Shown: in pieces, positions 27,211 to 39,248 of the stretch
How positions within the stretch are numbered: position 1 is the first letter of the stretch
How the letters are laid out: each line of letters begins with the position of its first letter
Program-made: the position numbers and the translations under genes
Notes under the pieces: generated by a model
The model's database searches: none
Told to the model about the DNA's origin: nothing
What the model saw: only the letters and a program-made list of their open reading frames with translations
Assembly: GCF_036588685.1 (NCBI RefSeq)
Contig: NC_086375.1
Location: 58,714,001-58,778,000, forward strand
DNA length: 64,000 bases
Reading direction: 5' to 3'
Source of the DNA: Mytilus trossulus
Taxonomy: Eukaryota

Positions 27211-27459
27211 CTATTTTCCTCCTCCGCCGCCACCTCCTCCTCCTGATTTTCCGCCACCGCCGCCACCACCTCCTCCAGATTTGCCTCCACCACCGCCGCC
27301 TCCGCCACCACTCCCCCCACCACCGCCTCCGCCGCCACCACCTCCGCCGCCTCCTCCTCCGCCTCCGCTTCGTTTAACAATAAGGCGAGCCTCAGACTGT
27401 TCTATGAGGGTTACAATCAGTAAAGATATTACCAATACAGTACAAAGGGAAGGCTTCAT
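27211..27459 (-). CDS. Secreted poly-glycine peptide precursor (gene A): signal peptide, RLIVKR propeptide, S-G18-(S-G9-K)x3
   Basis: Intact 82-aa ORF with hydrophobic signal ending SEA and a dibasic KR site. Gly codons are mixed (GGA/GGC/GGT), as expected for coding sequence. Acceptor TTGCAG lies 5 nt before ATG; TATA and donor upstream; poly(A) signal downstream. Confidence 0.88.
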   Translation of the reverse strand: MKPSLCTVLVISLLIVTLIEQSEARLIVKRSGGGGGGGGGGGGGGGGGGSGGGGGGGGGKSGGGGGGGGGKSGGGGGGGGGK

Positions 27460-27716
27460 GTTTGCTGCAAGTATCCAATAACAATCAATTTAATGAAAAA
27501 AACAGAGTTGTTAGGAATGCTTTAAACGATATTAGATAACTGTCATTTCAAATGGGAATTCCATAAAACTACATGTATGTTAGTTTAATTCTTTAACGTT
27601 AAGTCATAGGAGCGTTTGTGAAAGAAAGAAAAAATGATATGACGAAAGTATAAATGTTATTCTTTAATTTCGATTTAGTTGTCTAACTAAAACTAAAAGC
27701 ATCAATAATATTATTT

Positions 27717-27774
27717 ACTCACTTGTCGAAAGTTTCATTCCAAGTGTAGATTTGTGATTTCATATCTGCTTATA
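27717..27774 (-). promoter_or_regulatory. Gene A TATA box (TATAAG 27774-27769), non-coding exon 1 and GTGAGT donor (27722-27717)
   Basis: Strong consensus donor about 45 nt downstream of a TATA-like box; same layout as the other four genes. Confidence 0.6.
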
Positions 27775-29126
27775 AGGCTTATTTTGTTGTAGCCTATTAC
27801 GTAAACAATATTTGTGGAAGATAATATATAAATCTTCCGAAAATTCCCATCTTTATTATTGTGAGATTTCCTTGTTAACATAACTTGAAAACCATATGTT
27901 TTGTAAAACCAGCTACAGCTCATTAATCAGTAAAAAAAAAGTAAAAAAAAGTTGGGACAATGACACATCTTATATTTTGTAAATTTCGTACACGATCTTG
28001 TTCTGCCAGCGTATTGAAAAATGCATCTGAGATATAATGATTTGTGACTTCTGGCGTATGTATTTAAAATACGTAAAAGATGTTAAAAACAATAATGCAC
28101 ATACATTGATGCATGAATGAATAGCACTATAATAAAGAACAAAAGCAGCAACTTAAAACACAAAGCAAAATCAGCAAGAATTATAAAAAAAAAAAAAAAA
28201 AAAACAAATAAGAGTAAAAGTATAATATGCACCACTACTATGTTTCAAAGCCGTAACATAAACATAAAAACAAATACTAAACACAGACATTGCAATGACA
28301 AGAGTTGACGTTCCTTCTTATGAGTTTAATATTATTATGCTTGCATTGAATAAAAGATGTTTCACCCTGCAAGCATTGCTGCTTAGATTTGATATCTGAA
28401 AGTCCTCATCATCATTAACATTGTGTATCTCAAGAATTTACAAATATCGCAAACGGATACACTATATGCAAACTTTATTAAATTGAGCCAACAAAAAGTG
28501 CTCAAGCTCAGGTTGTTATGTTTTGTATGAATTGTAAGTCATCTCTTTTATAAATCTCACAAAAAATCACAGATTTTTAAAAACTATATTTTACGAATCA
28601 CTGTCAATTCAAATAGGATGTTTTGTATGTCCTTCTACCCTCTTTGGTAAATGATTTTGTACCGGAGTAAACTGATGTTTGTAGATGTAAATACACTGTA
28701 TAAATATATATTGTATTTGAACCAAATTTTTGTATGTTTTGTAGATCATGGCAGACACAGAGAAAACGCCAAGATGGAGATGCCCGATCTTCATGACCAG
28801 ATTATAATAAGAGGAGTTGGACGGGCATGTAATCTATGGTATGTGTAAAAAAGAGGTCATCCAAGGGAGAATACTTATATAAAGACAACACTAGTATGCT
28901 ACCCATAGTAGAATTGACACAAACGAAGGAGACACACGAAATCCTATCTGAGATTGTTTCTGATAAAAAAGAACAAAGTACACTAAAACCATTTTGTAAA
29001 TATGTTTATTTTAAACATGAATGATTTCAAACAGTGTTGTGGTGGGGAAAGGGGACGAATTTTATAATCTATTGATTTGCGTAATGCATATTTTTCAGTC
29101 AAAATGAACGACATATCTACATATAA

Positions 29127-29567
29127 GAATCATATTCAAAACAGTGTGGTCCTGGCCATTGATTGACGATCTAAATTATCCCATTGACTGGGACAGATTA
29201 GGTGAACGTTTGTCTGTAACGACCATTGCTCACTTCTTACTTATTATAGAATTTAAACTGTGGGGTCACCAAAGGTTCTTAACGCCTCTAATAATATAAG
29301 AATTCGAAAAATTATTCAGGAATAACCTTTATGTTTTGATTTATATTATTGATATAAATCAACACATTGTATTATTCCGGATTCGTTTTTCGAATTGCTT
29401 TATTTAGGTGTTGAGAACCTTTGGTGACCCCACAGATTCAGTGTCTTTAACAAGTACATAGTGAGCAGTGGTTGTTACCGACAAACGTTCACCTAATCAG
29501 TCCCAGTCGATGCGATAATTGAGGTAGTTAATCAATGACCAGGACCACACTGTTTTGAATATGATTC
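29127..29567. mobile_element. Foldback MITE (PIF/Harbinger-like, TAA TSD)
   Basis: Inverted arms of about 165 bp (GAATCATATTCAAAACAGTGTGGTCCTGG...); TAA on both sides. Confidence 0.88.
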
Positions 29568-30015
29568 TAAATTAAATAGTCTGGTTATTGTATTCATTTT
29601 AGTTGTAGAAAACTCTTTTTACAGGAAAACTATCAATCAAAAATGGAATCAATTAGTGATCTGTGAGCCGTGTACTATGAAACCCGATCGATCATGACAC
29701 AATCAACAGAGGCAGTACCCGAATAGAGCTGGAGAACAAAAAATGTATATAATATTTTCTGAAAAACTTTTAAAATAATGCAAGTTTCCCGAAACAAATA
29801 ATTCTTTAGGTGTACTTTTCATTTAATTTTTTTTTTAAAACCTAAACAGGAAACAAGAAAGACATGTGTTAATTACATATATCATTAAATACTGTAGCAG
29901 GTACCTTTGCGTGTTTACATGAAAAGTGCATTTTTTTACATGAAAGAGGAAATAATTAGTTTGCCTTTTTTTTAAATAAAAAAATAAAAGTTTCCCTAGA
30001 TTTTTTAGTAAACCT

Positions 30016-30085
30016 TATAAATTGCCTGCACGTAACAATTCAACTACATGTACTTAGTTTTCTTAACTGATGAATTAAGGTAAGG
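30016..30085 (+). promoter_or_regulatory. Gene B TATAAA (30016-30021), non-coding exon 1 ending 30079, donor GTAAGG
   Basis: Consensus elements, conserved in the duplicated copy at 32488-32564. Confidence 0.65.
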
Positions 30086-30594
30086 ATGATAATAAATCTG
30101 CACATTGCACAAGTTTTTTTAATTCTGTCTTTGGTGATTTCATTTTATTTGTATCAATAGACTCAAATTCCAAATAATTCGAGAAGTTAACAAATATTAT
30201 TCGGTTCTTGTTAGATTTTAAATTTCAGAAAATACGCGAATGTATAATTATTGCCTTTTTTTATTTTCTTTAAAATAAGCGTACAGATCAATATTGCTAT
30301 AAATGTCATTTTTATCTTTGCATTTGTGTAGAAATATAGAAAATTGTAATCCATAAATTTGCCCATCCCGCACGACTGAATCCCATGAAAAATATTTACA
30401 TTCCCATGACGAAATAAAATTATTTGCTAGGATTCTGACGGAAACGAAAATTTCCGACGGAAAACATGTTCTAATCATCAAAATAAAATCGTTCAAATTA
30501 ATAGAGTGCTAGTACAATGTATCAAAAGCCAAATCATAGTAAAACAAATCAAGTTAAATACATTTCATTTTAATTTTTCTTATAGAGTTTCATT

Positions 30595-30816
30595 ATGAAG
30601 AAACTGATCGTTCTTTTTCTCCTGTTTGCTCTTTTACTGGAAAATACAGAGTCAGTGAGACCTCGTCATCCTCCATGTCATCCTTGGCCTCGTTGTAAAT
30701 CATATCCTAAAGGGAGCAGTGGTGGAGGCGGCGGAGGTGGTGGCGGTGCAGGAGGCGGCGGTGGAGGTGGAGGCGGCGGAGGTGGTGGCGGAGGAGGAGG
30801 AGGTGGAGGACGATAG
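30595..30816 (+). CDS. Secreted peptide precursor (gene B): signal peptide, Pro/Arg/His/Cys head VRPRHPPCHPWPRCKSYPK, then GSS-G9-A-G20-R
   Basis: Intact 73-aa ORF. Signal MKKLIVLFLLFALLLENTES; acceptor TTTTCTTATAG 9 nt before ATG; AATAAA at 30876-30881. Confidence 0.88.
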   Translation: MKKLIVLFLLFALLLENTESVRPRHPPCHPWPRCKSYPKGSSGGGGGGGGGAGGGGGGGGGGGGGGGGGGGGR

Positions 30817-32487
30817 AAATAAAACGTAGCAGTTTCTGATTCACAAACACTGTAGAACAGATCGATGTCATTATGAATAAACACAATTGTGAATAATTAC
30901 ATATCTTTTTCTTTTTAAAATTTCTTCTTGATAACAGCAAACGAAGAAAGGGATGTGATAAATATATATTAATGAAACAGCAACCAACGTCCCCTTATTG
31001 AATGCATGGTTATGCACATACATTGGGGTTTAAATGAAATACAAATCTTCCCTGAAGAATGTCAAACGATGAACTGACGAAAGATACACACAATCATTTC
31101 ATTTAAAGGTGATACAGAAAAAAGCAAAATTAACTTTAAAAGAGGGAAATATATGTATGATAAAAAAAACACAACAAAAAAGAATATAATATTACTATGA
31201 TCGATGAAGCCACACTCACAATGCAAATGCATAACCTGTTAATACGAAATCACATAGACCTACATACCAATTGCTGTACTATGTCTATTTGGGTGTATAC
31301 AGCAAAGTCATAAAATTTACAGGAAGACACAATACTGTACAGAACGCACACCCAAAAATACAACAAAATTCAACTAGCAAGACTAACCATTAACCCGTGA
31401 ATAGATGTCTACCCTTACACCTGACACAACAACTGATCAACAATATTTAAAATTAATCTCGTATAACCTCTACAAGTTCAAGAAAACGACTCGGAGGAAA
31501 GCTCCCGAAGCCGTCTACTCTTCAAATAAGATTTTTACAAACTTCTGAAGGCGACAAATCCATCGTCTTTGAAACACTGCAAAAGGATAGGGACAAAACT
31601 TCCAAAACAAATTACTGTATCTAATGAAAAAAAAACATCAAAAAGCATTGATCGCTCTTTAACATGCATATCCGTACAGAAATGTTCTCCATTAACGAAA
31701 AGATAACTTTAAAATCCTGAGAAGTAACTGCAATCATTCGGATATCGAACTAACAGAGGATTTCACACACTGGAAGAAGGAGAGAATTAAACTTACATTA
31801 AAGAAAGGAGTACTTTCAACAGAATAAAAAAAAATGTTCCGTTCCATCTGTCATGGATGGAAGACTTGTTTTATATTTTGTTGGACTTCACCATTTTGTA
31901 AATATCTTCATTCTAAACATGAAAATGTCAAACTGTGTTGTAGTCGGAGGAAGGGGACTCTTTTGAGACGAATTATATATACCTTTTGATTGGCGTGATA
32001 CATATGTATTAGTCAAAATAAATGAGCTATCTAAATACATTGAATAGTATAATTTATTGAATTCATATTGGCTGTAGAAAACTCTTTTTACAGGAAAACT
32101 TTCAATCAGAAATATAATCAATTAGTTCTCAGTGAGCCGTGCCCTTCCTTGAAAACCCGATCGATGACACAATCAACTGATGCAACACCCGAATAGAGCT
32201 GGAGAACGAAAAATGTCTATAACATTTTCTATGCAAGGTTCTCCTAACAAAACATTCGTTATATTACGTGTACATGTATAAGAACAGATGACATTTTTCA
32301 TTTTTCATTTGTTTTTTTAATAAAACAGGAAACAAGAAAGACATGTGTTAATTACATATAATTATTATTCAAAACTGTAGCAGGTACCTTTGCGTGTTTA
32401 CAACAAAAGTGCATTTTTTAAAATGTAAGAGGTGCTCTTATTTTTAAATAAAAGAATAATAGTTTCCCTAGTTTATTTAGTAAACCT

Positions 32488-32564
32488 TATAAATTGCCTG
32501 TACGTAACAATTCAACTACATGTTACATGTACATAGTTTTCATAACTGGTGAATTAAGGTAAGT
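32488..32564 (+). promoter_or_regulatory. Gene B' TATAAA (32488-32493), non-coding exon 1 ending 32558, donor GTAAGT
   Basis: Homologous to the gene B promoter and exon 1. Confidence 0.62.
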
Positions 32565-33059
32565 TTGATAATAAATCTGTACATGGCACAGGTTTCTTTT
32601 GTCTTTTGTTATTTCATTTTTATTGGTATTTATATACTCAAATTCCAAATGATTCGAGAAGTTTACAAATATAATTTGGTTCTTGTTAGATTTTAAATTT
32701 CAGAAAATACGAAATCAATGTACAATTATTACCGTTTTTTATTTTCTTTGAAAAAAGCGTACAGATCAACACTTAATATCATTTTTATCTTTGTATTTGT
32801 GTAGAACTATAGAAAATTGTAATGGAAATCGCCCATCCTGCACGACTGAATCCCATGAATATTTTTACATTCCCATAAAATTCTTTTCTAGGATTCTGAC
32901 GGAAACGAAAATTTCCTACGGAGACAATGTTCTTATCATCAAAAATAAACTCGTTCAAATTAATATGCTTTTACAATTTACTAACAGCCTAATCATATTT
33001 TTTTTTCATATTTAATACGTTTCATTTTTCAATTATTATTATTTACATATAGTTTCATT

Positions 33060-33188
33060 ATGAAGAAACTGATCGTTCTTTTTCTCCTGTTTGCTGTCTT
33101 ACTGGAAAATACAGAATCAGGTCCTCAACCTCCATGTCACGTTCCTTGTAAATGTGATCCTGTTTTTAAAGGTGGAAATAAAACGTAG
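33060..33188 (+). CDS. Gene B' - 42-aa paralog of gene B lacking poly-Gly: MKKLIVLFLLFAVLLENTES-GPQPPCHVPCKCDPVFKGGNKT
   Basis: Manually translated (below the ORF-track size cutoff). Signal peptide 19/20 identical to gene B; TATA, donor, acceptor and AATAAA retained. Confidence 0.75.
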   Translation: MKKLIVLFLLFAVLLENTESGPQPPCHVPCKCDPVFKGGNKT

Positions 33189-36100
33189 CAGCTTCTGATT
33201 CACTGTAGAACATATCGACTTCATTATGAATAAACACAATTGTGAATAATTACATATACGAAAGCCATTTCTTTGTCTTTTTTTTTTAATTTCTTCTTGA
33301 AAACAGTAAACGAATAAAAGGGATGTGACTAATACGTAAATGACACAGCAATCTAACAGACATTATGAGTCTCCCAATTTGATGCAGGGACACAAACATA
33401 CATCGGGGTTCAAATGAAATCACAATCCTCTCTCTTCAATATCCCATGATCGGTTTCTTGCGTTTGGATTAAATTAAAAACAGATTCATTAATGAGACAG
33501 CAAACAAAAGACATATATAGAGTAACATACAACGGTATACTACTGTTGCCTTTATTTATACAAACTATTGGCTAGACATAAGATATTTCAATCTACAAAT
33601 AGTCCAAAAACTAAAATTTTAAATCAAAGACAGTTAAAGATACACCATCAACACTCAATACAAAAAATCATTACGGTAGGATTTAAAAAAAAAATCATCG
33701 ATCAATGGACTTACTAAACCAGGAAAATCATTCACGTTATATACAATGCAGGAATGTGCGATCTTGTAAAACGCCAAATGCGAAATATACAGAGAAAAAA
33801 AAAATTTGACATTGCGTTGAACTAGAAATTGGCAAATTGATATAATACTCCACAAAATCCAGATAAATTGATTGAATAACAGCAAGAAACATATATGAGA
33901 AAATATCTGAAAAAGTCTAATTTTTGGCAATAAGAAAAAAAAACCAAGAAAAACATTTAGACTCAAACAATTGTTAAATGTGGTTACAATGGCAATTTTA
34001 AAAATGGTAAAAAAAATCTAGATCTTTCCTGTTGCCAAAGTGAATCAATTTTCTAAAAAGTTTCTAATGGGAATAAGGAATAAGTTTCAACTGTTTAAGA
34101 CATCATTTGTGGTTTACTAGTATAATTATCCTGCAATATTTTATCAAATGCCAATTATTGATTTTTATCCTAAAATATAGTCAGATATGTCGGTAACATG
34201 AAGGTATCTAGAGTAGCAGGACAACGGTAACAGGACAGAGTTGGTAACAGTAAGGATTTTTTTCTAAAAAAAACGTTCATTATCACTGAACTAGTATATA
34301 TTTGTTTAGGGGCCAGCTGAAGGACACCTCCAGGTGCGGGAATTTCTCGTTACATTGAAGACCTGTTGGTGACCTTCCGCTGTTGTTTTTTCTAATATGT
34401 ACGGGTTGTTGTCTCTTTGATACATTCCCCATTTCCATTCTCAATTTTAATTTTATTAATTTTATAGTTTAAGAAAAATACATCATTTCAGATTGGTCAC
34501 AATTGTAAGATAACAGCAAACAATGTCATTTATCCTTTGAAACTGTATTTGCAAGATGGAAAATCTGCCTGAGTAATGAAAAATTCTAAAATAAATTCCT
34601 TTCTGTTAATATCTACAGAAAATACTAATAATATGATAATACTAAAATTGCACAATGTTCTCTACTGTTATCAAAAGCAAAATACCTATATTTTTCATGC
34701 AATTATTATTTTGAATTATTTAATATGGTGATGATAACTTAAATTAAATGAAATAGTTGGCATATAGTAGATTAACTTTTTGATTCATCAGTGAAATCGT
34801 CTTGAACATCCTTCCTGTTACTGATTATTGTTATGCTGTTACTTTCAATCAGGTAACATGACAGAACGTAACAAAAGGAATTACGCAGTTCTTTTTCTTC
34901 ATTTACTCGAATTGTGTATAAGTTTACTTCCATCTACATGTCAATTTGATAAGATACTATAAAAACACATGTTCTGGTATAGTGCTGATCATGAAATTAT
35001 TTTCAGAAGGTACACAAAAAGGCTGTAACAGGAGAGAACAACAAAATTATTTTTCTCCAAATTCTGATCTTTGGGGAGTTCAGATTTTTTTAAAACTGGT
35101 TGCTATTCACCAAAACATATGGTGTCATACATTCAGGAAATGAGGCTCTTCACATAGCATTATAAGAAATAATTTTTTTGTCTTTCAAACATGTACACAT
35201 GTGGTAAAAACCAAGCGGTAACAGGAGGGAAATTACCCCCCTGGGGACAACATTTAAAAGACCCTTGAAAATGCTAAATTTTCTTACATGCTTTCGTTAT
35301 AACAAAACCAGACCATAAACGGAGAAGTTTGTTATATAATCTATCAGATTTGTGAAAATCGGAAGGCTGTTTACTTAATTTAGATATTCTTTGAATGATT
35401 GAAATTTCAGAAAATAACAGGGGACAATATGATTTAGGGGGGGGGGGGGTGACCATTTAAATTATAATATTTTATAGGAAGAAATATTAAAAAGAATTTT
35501 TAATTGGTTGCAGTTGGTGCATTATATACTCTAGTAAATAATGTAACTTAAAATTTTCCGAAAAGATTCCTGAATAAAAAAATAATTGCCGGTAAAGTGT
35601 GGGACATGGAAATTAGACTTTTTCAGATATTGTCTCATATCCATTATCAATAAGTGTATGCAACCAATGAGAACGAATTGAAACATACAATTTCTATACT
35701 TTTAAGCGGGAGGTTTGGCTAGTCATTAAACCAGGTTCAACCAATCATTTTTATAAAATTGTCTTGTACCAAGTCAAAAATACTCCAGCTTTTTACCAAA
35801 TAGTTCGTTTCTGTGTATGTTGGCGTTTGTTTTGTAGCACTTAAGTGTGCCTGTTATTCTTCTGTTTTCCTCTTAGAGTTAATGTCTTCTCTGTACTCTT
35901 GTTTTTAGTTTATAACCCAGATTTGTTTACTTACAATCGGTTAATTACTTTTGAACACCGCTATACTACTGTTTCTCTTATTTCGATTAAACAATGATAT
36001 TACTGTAAAAAGCCTAATAGTCCAGCGGATATCAGAATAATTGATCACTTTATGGTAAAAGCATGAAACTTGGCATAGTGAAAGATTTAGGGGTATAGAC

Positions 36101-36869
36101 AAAATTCAGATATGGAGCCACGAACAAAAAATCCAATATGGCCGCCAAATTCAAGATGGCCGACATTAGTATAACATAATTCACTTGATGAAGTCTTCCA
36201 ATTTTAATGTGTTCAGAAGATGTCACAAACTTAAGGAAATACAATTAAGATATGTCAATTATTATTTTTTTTAAACCTTTTAATACAGAAATGATCAAAA
36301 TGGCGTCCAAATTCAAAATGGCGCGTCAAAATGTCTAAGTTTGACAGTATTCGTATATATACACCATGATTGTGTGATAGAAAGTTACCAAATCCGCGAA
36401 ACTGATCATTTGATATCGACAAAGGCCTACAATGTATCATTAATGCCTTGGTGCATAGATAATATTTTCAAAATGGCGGCAATATTTAAAATGGCGCCAT
36501 TTAACATGTACAAATTTGACGTTTGTTTTTAAATATGGTATACAAATGATTAAAAAATAATGGATAATTTATTTCAATACAAGCACGTATATACAAACAT
36601 ATTATTATTTAATGTAACAGGTGACATTAACTATGAAATAAAAATGGCCGATACAGTTCAAAATGGCGTCTTCGACGAGTTCTTATTTTTCACAGTTACA
36701 GGTAATGACCTTAGAAAATTTCACAATTTTCCTGAAATGAAAAAAAAAACAACATATGCAGTATTGAATCAGTGCAAAGAGTATTTCTTAGAAAAAAAAA
36801 TCACAAGTAACTATTTAACATAACAACAGATTAAAATTATAATTAAAATATGATACAAATGCAGGGAAA

Positions 36870-39248
36870 TCAAAAGAAAGCACAGTCACGATCAGTTTCT
36901 CTTTCACAGTCCGGTGAGCAGTTGCATAATGCTGTGCATTTTAATGCTGCTTTCAAGAATTTACATGCTCCTATACATCCTTTCTTACATCTACAGTGGA
37001 TGAACTCTTGGCATGACATTGAAGCTTTGGCAAGCACAGACCAGAATGGTACCGAAGTACCATCAAGTTTTTGCCAACCAAATAAATCTGGTGATGGCAT
37101 ACTTGAATTTGCAACTAAACAATTGCGCCCAAAAAACACTACCTTGGTAAGCTGCACGTTTCGTATGTTCAATGAAGAAGTGCATCTCATGATGGAGGAA
37201 TATTGTCAATTGTTCTTGTCTTCTGCGTCAATAACTGTTTTCTAAACTCATTCACCATATTAGCTGTACTAGACCGATCATACAAAAGCACAACATATCG
37301 TTCTATTACTTTTAACACTTTTAAAATTTCCACTTCATTTGGATTTTCAAAAACCTGCAGAAATGCTTCTGACAACTCCTCATATACGAACCATGTATCC
37401 CAAGCTTTTCCCAGAAAAAGCTGAGACTGTGTCACAACCGGTAAATGAATGGAACAGTGGAAAGACTTTCAATTCCAATGGTCCTAGAGCAAGGCACAAT
37501 CCATGAATTGAAATATATAGAAAGTTCTTTCCAGTGCCAAAACCTATCCACAGCTGTTCAGCCATTTGAATTCCCCTTTTAATGCAGCTGGGAATGAGGA
37601 CATATCAATTGAAAGTTCTCCTTCAACTAATGGGATATCCGGTTCGATGAATATTAGTACAGCTGGTGGAAGATTTAAATTACTCTCTGGTAAAAGAGAC
37701 ACTCTCTTTGACTGACATTTCAACATAGGTTCAGATTGGTCAAATGTTTGAACAACGCCTTGAACATCCTCTGAAATATGTTGGAATAAAGATATACCTG
37801 TACCATGGAATGAATTTTTTAACGAGATACTGCTTGAATTGTGATCAATGTTTTCTACAGCAGATGAAGTAAATACATTTTGTAGTGGATTGGTAGGGCA
37901 AACAATACCTTCTTTGACAGAACGACGACAAGCATCCTTGGCCATGGAAGTAGAAATTTCTAACACTCGGTCGTAGGAGACAGACAGTCCAAGATTGAAG
38001 AAAGTATCTACTAGATCACGTTTGCTAGTCTTACATGGATCATGATTCCCAAATTAGCACAAAATGGAGGTTCATGATCTTTCATGTGACGGTTGGATAG
38101 TTTCTTTGTACAACTATACATCAGAAGATGTGCTATTGTTAATGTCGACTGAGAATATGAACGATCCTGAATGTTGGGTCCAAATTGAATCATACTGACC
38201 AAAGTAAGCAATGACTGGGGTACATAAGCTTCCTGATATCCCTTTGGGAAGGTTCCTTTAAATTCTGAATTTGATGCGAAAATATCTTTACGAACAAACG
38301 TAGCTGCTTTTGATATGTTGAAAAACTCATTATCAAAGTCTTCTAAGCAGACTCTCTCAATGCAGGACCAATGTCATCTTTGAAAGCAAGGATGTTTTCA
38401 AGACCTTGTTTGTAAGCATCTAAGTTAGGGAAATTACAATTCTGTGTTTTAGTCGTGTACTACTAACTCGAGATGAAACATCTGCACCTAGACATGTTAT
38501 TCTTTCCGTATAAAGTTTACATAGATCTGACAATCTGAAAATGCAATACCATGGATTTGACTTTCCTTCTTAGATTCGACATTACCATTTTTCATTTCAA
38601 TTTGAGATGCACGATTATATAAGGAAACAAAACATTTAGGGTGTTACTTTGCTTCCTTTGCAATTAGATCACCAGCACTTAACTTTGCAAGTAACAACGT
38701 GTCATTTAATTTTACTGCTCATTCTCTCACATGTGTATCCTGTCCAAACGTTGAGGACTCATGAAGGGCTTCTTGGCCATTTTCATTACAGAAAAAGCAC
38801 ACAGACGGGTAACTGGTGGACTGAACGGAGAGGCTATGTCTAGTTTTCTTTTAGATGTGGTTGCTTTGTCATTTATTCTCTCATGTAAGGTTGTTTTTTC
38901 TGCTCTATCCAACTTTGTCCTGTTCAGTTTCAAGTTGCAATATTTGTGCCAACATGCCTTTTGGTCAATGAAATACTGTGCTATTCCGGGTCCCTCATCT
39001 AAATATAAGTTTGCAATGCACACATTAATGCCTTCAGGCATCAATCGTAATTCATGAAACTTCTAAATATTGTCAGCTAAAGATTGATAACCAGCACCAA
39101 CATTGAGACGTTTAGAATCAAATGGGCATATACGTTTTTCATCTATTATTTCTTGGCATAGGATGCAATTTGCCCAATCAATATTATTTAACTTAGTTGG
39201 TTTGTCATATTCTACACTTGATACCCTGAACGTCTTTTCAGTAGCCAT
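36870..39248 (-). pseudogene. Academ transposase relic (N-terminal Cys region, XPG-like FHSFTGCDTVSAF motif, C-terminal Cys8 finger)
   Basis: ORF fragments IDWANCILCQE, ACWHKYC, NIDHNSSS...SFHGTGISLFQH, LWIGFGTGK, FHSFTGCDTVSAF, CRCKKGCIGACK..KAALKCTALCNC. Confidence 0.85.

Larger units (their letters stand above)
29590..33435 (+). repeat. Tandem segmental duplication of the gene B unit (about 29590-31050 and 32060-33435)
   Basis: Colinear similarity through promoter, exon 1, intron, CDS and 3' flank, e.g. TGTAGAAAACTCTTTTTACAGGAAAAC at both starts. Confidence 0.92.

Noticed and set aside
27180-27380. Glu/Ala/Val-rich ORF (and 60413-60643)
   Set aside because: Alternative frames of the Gly-repeat CDSs.
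27281-27481. Poly-proline ORFs (also 30678-30884 and 49220-49657)
   Set aside because: They are antisense shadows of the poly-Gly genes and lack signal peptides or gene signals.
28651-29024. Short ORFs between genes A and B
   Set aside because: Fragmented, no signal peptide or recognisable domain; likely a decayed repeat.
30595-30816. Assigning a known name (myticalin, mytilin, shematrin) to the peptide genes
   Set aside because: Precursor organisation and Cys patterns do not match what I know of those families, and no search was possible.
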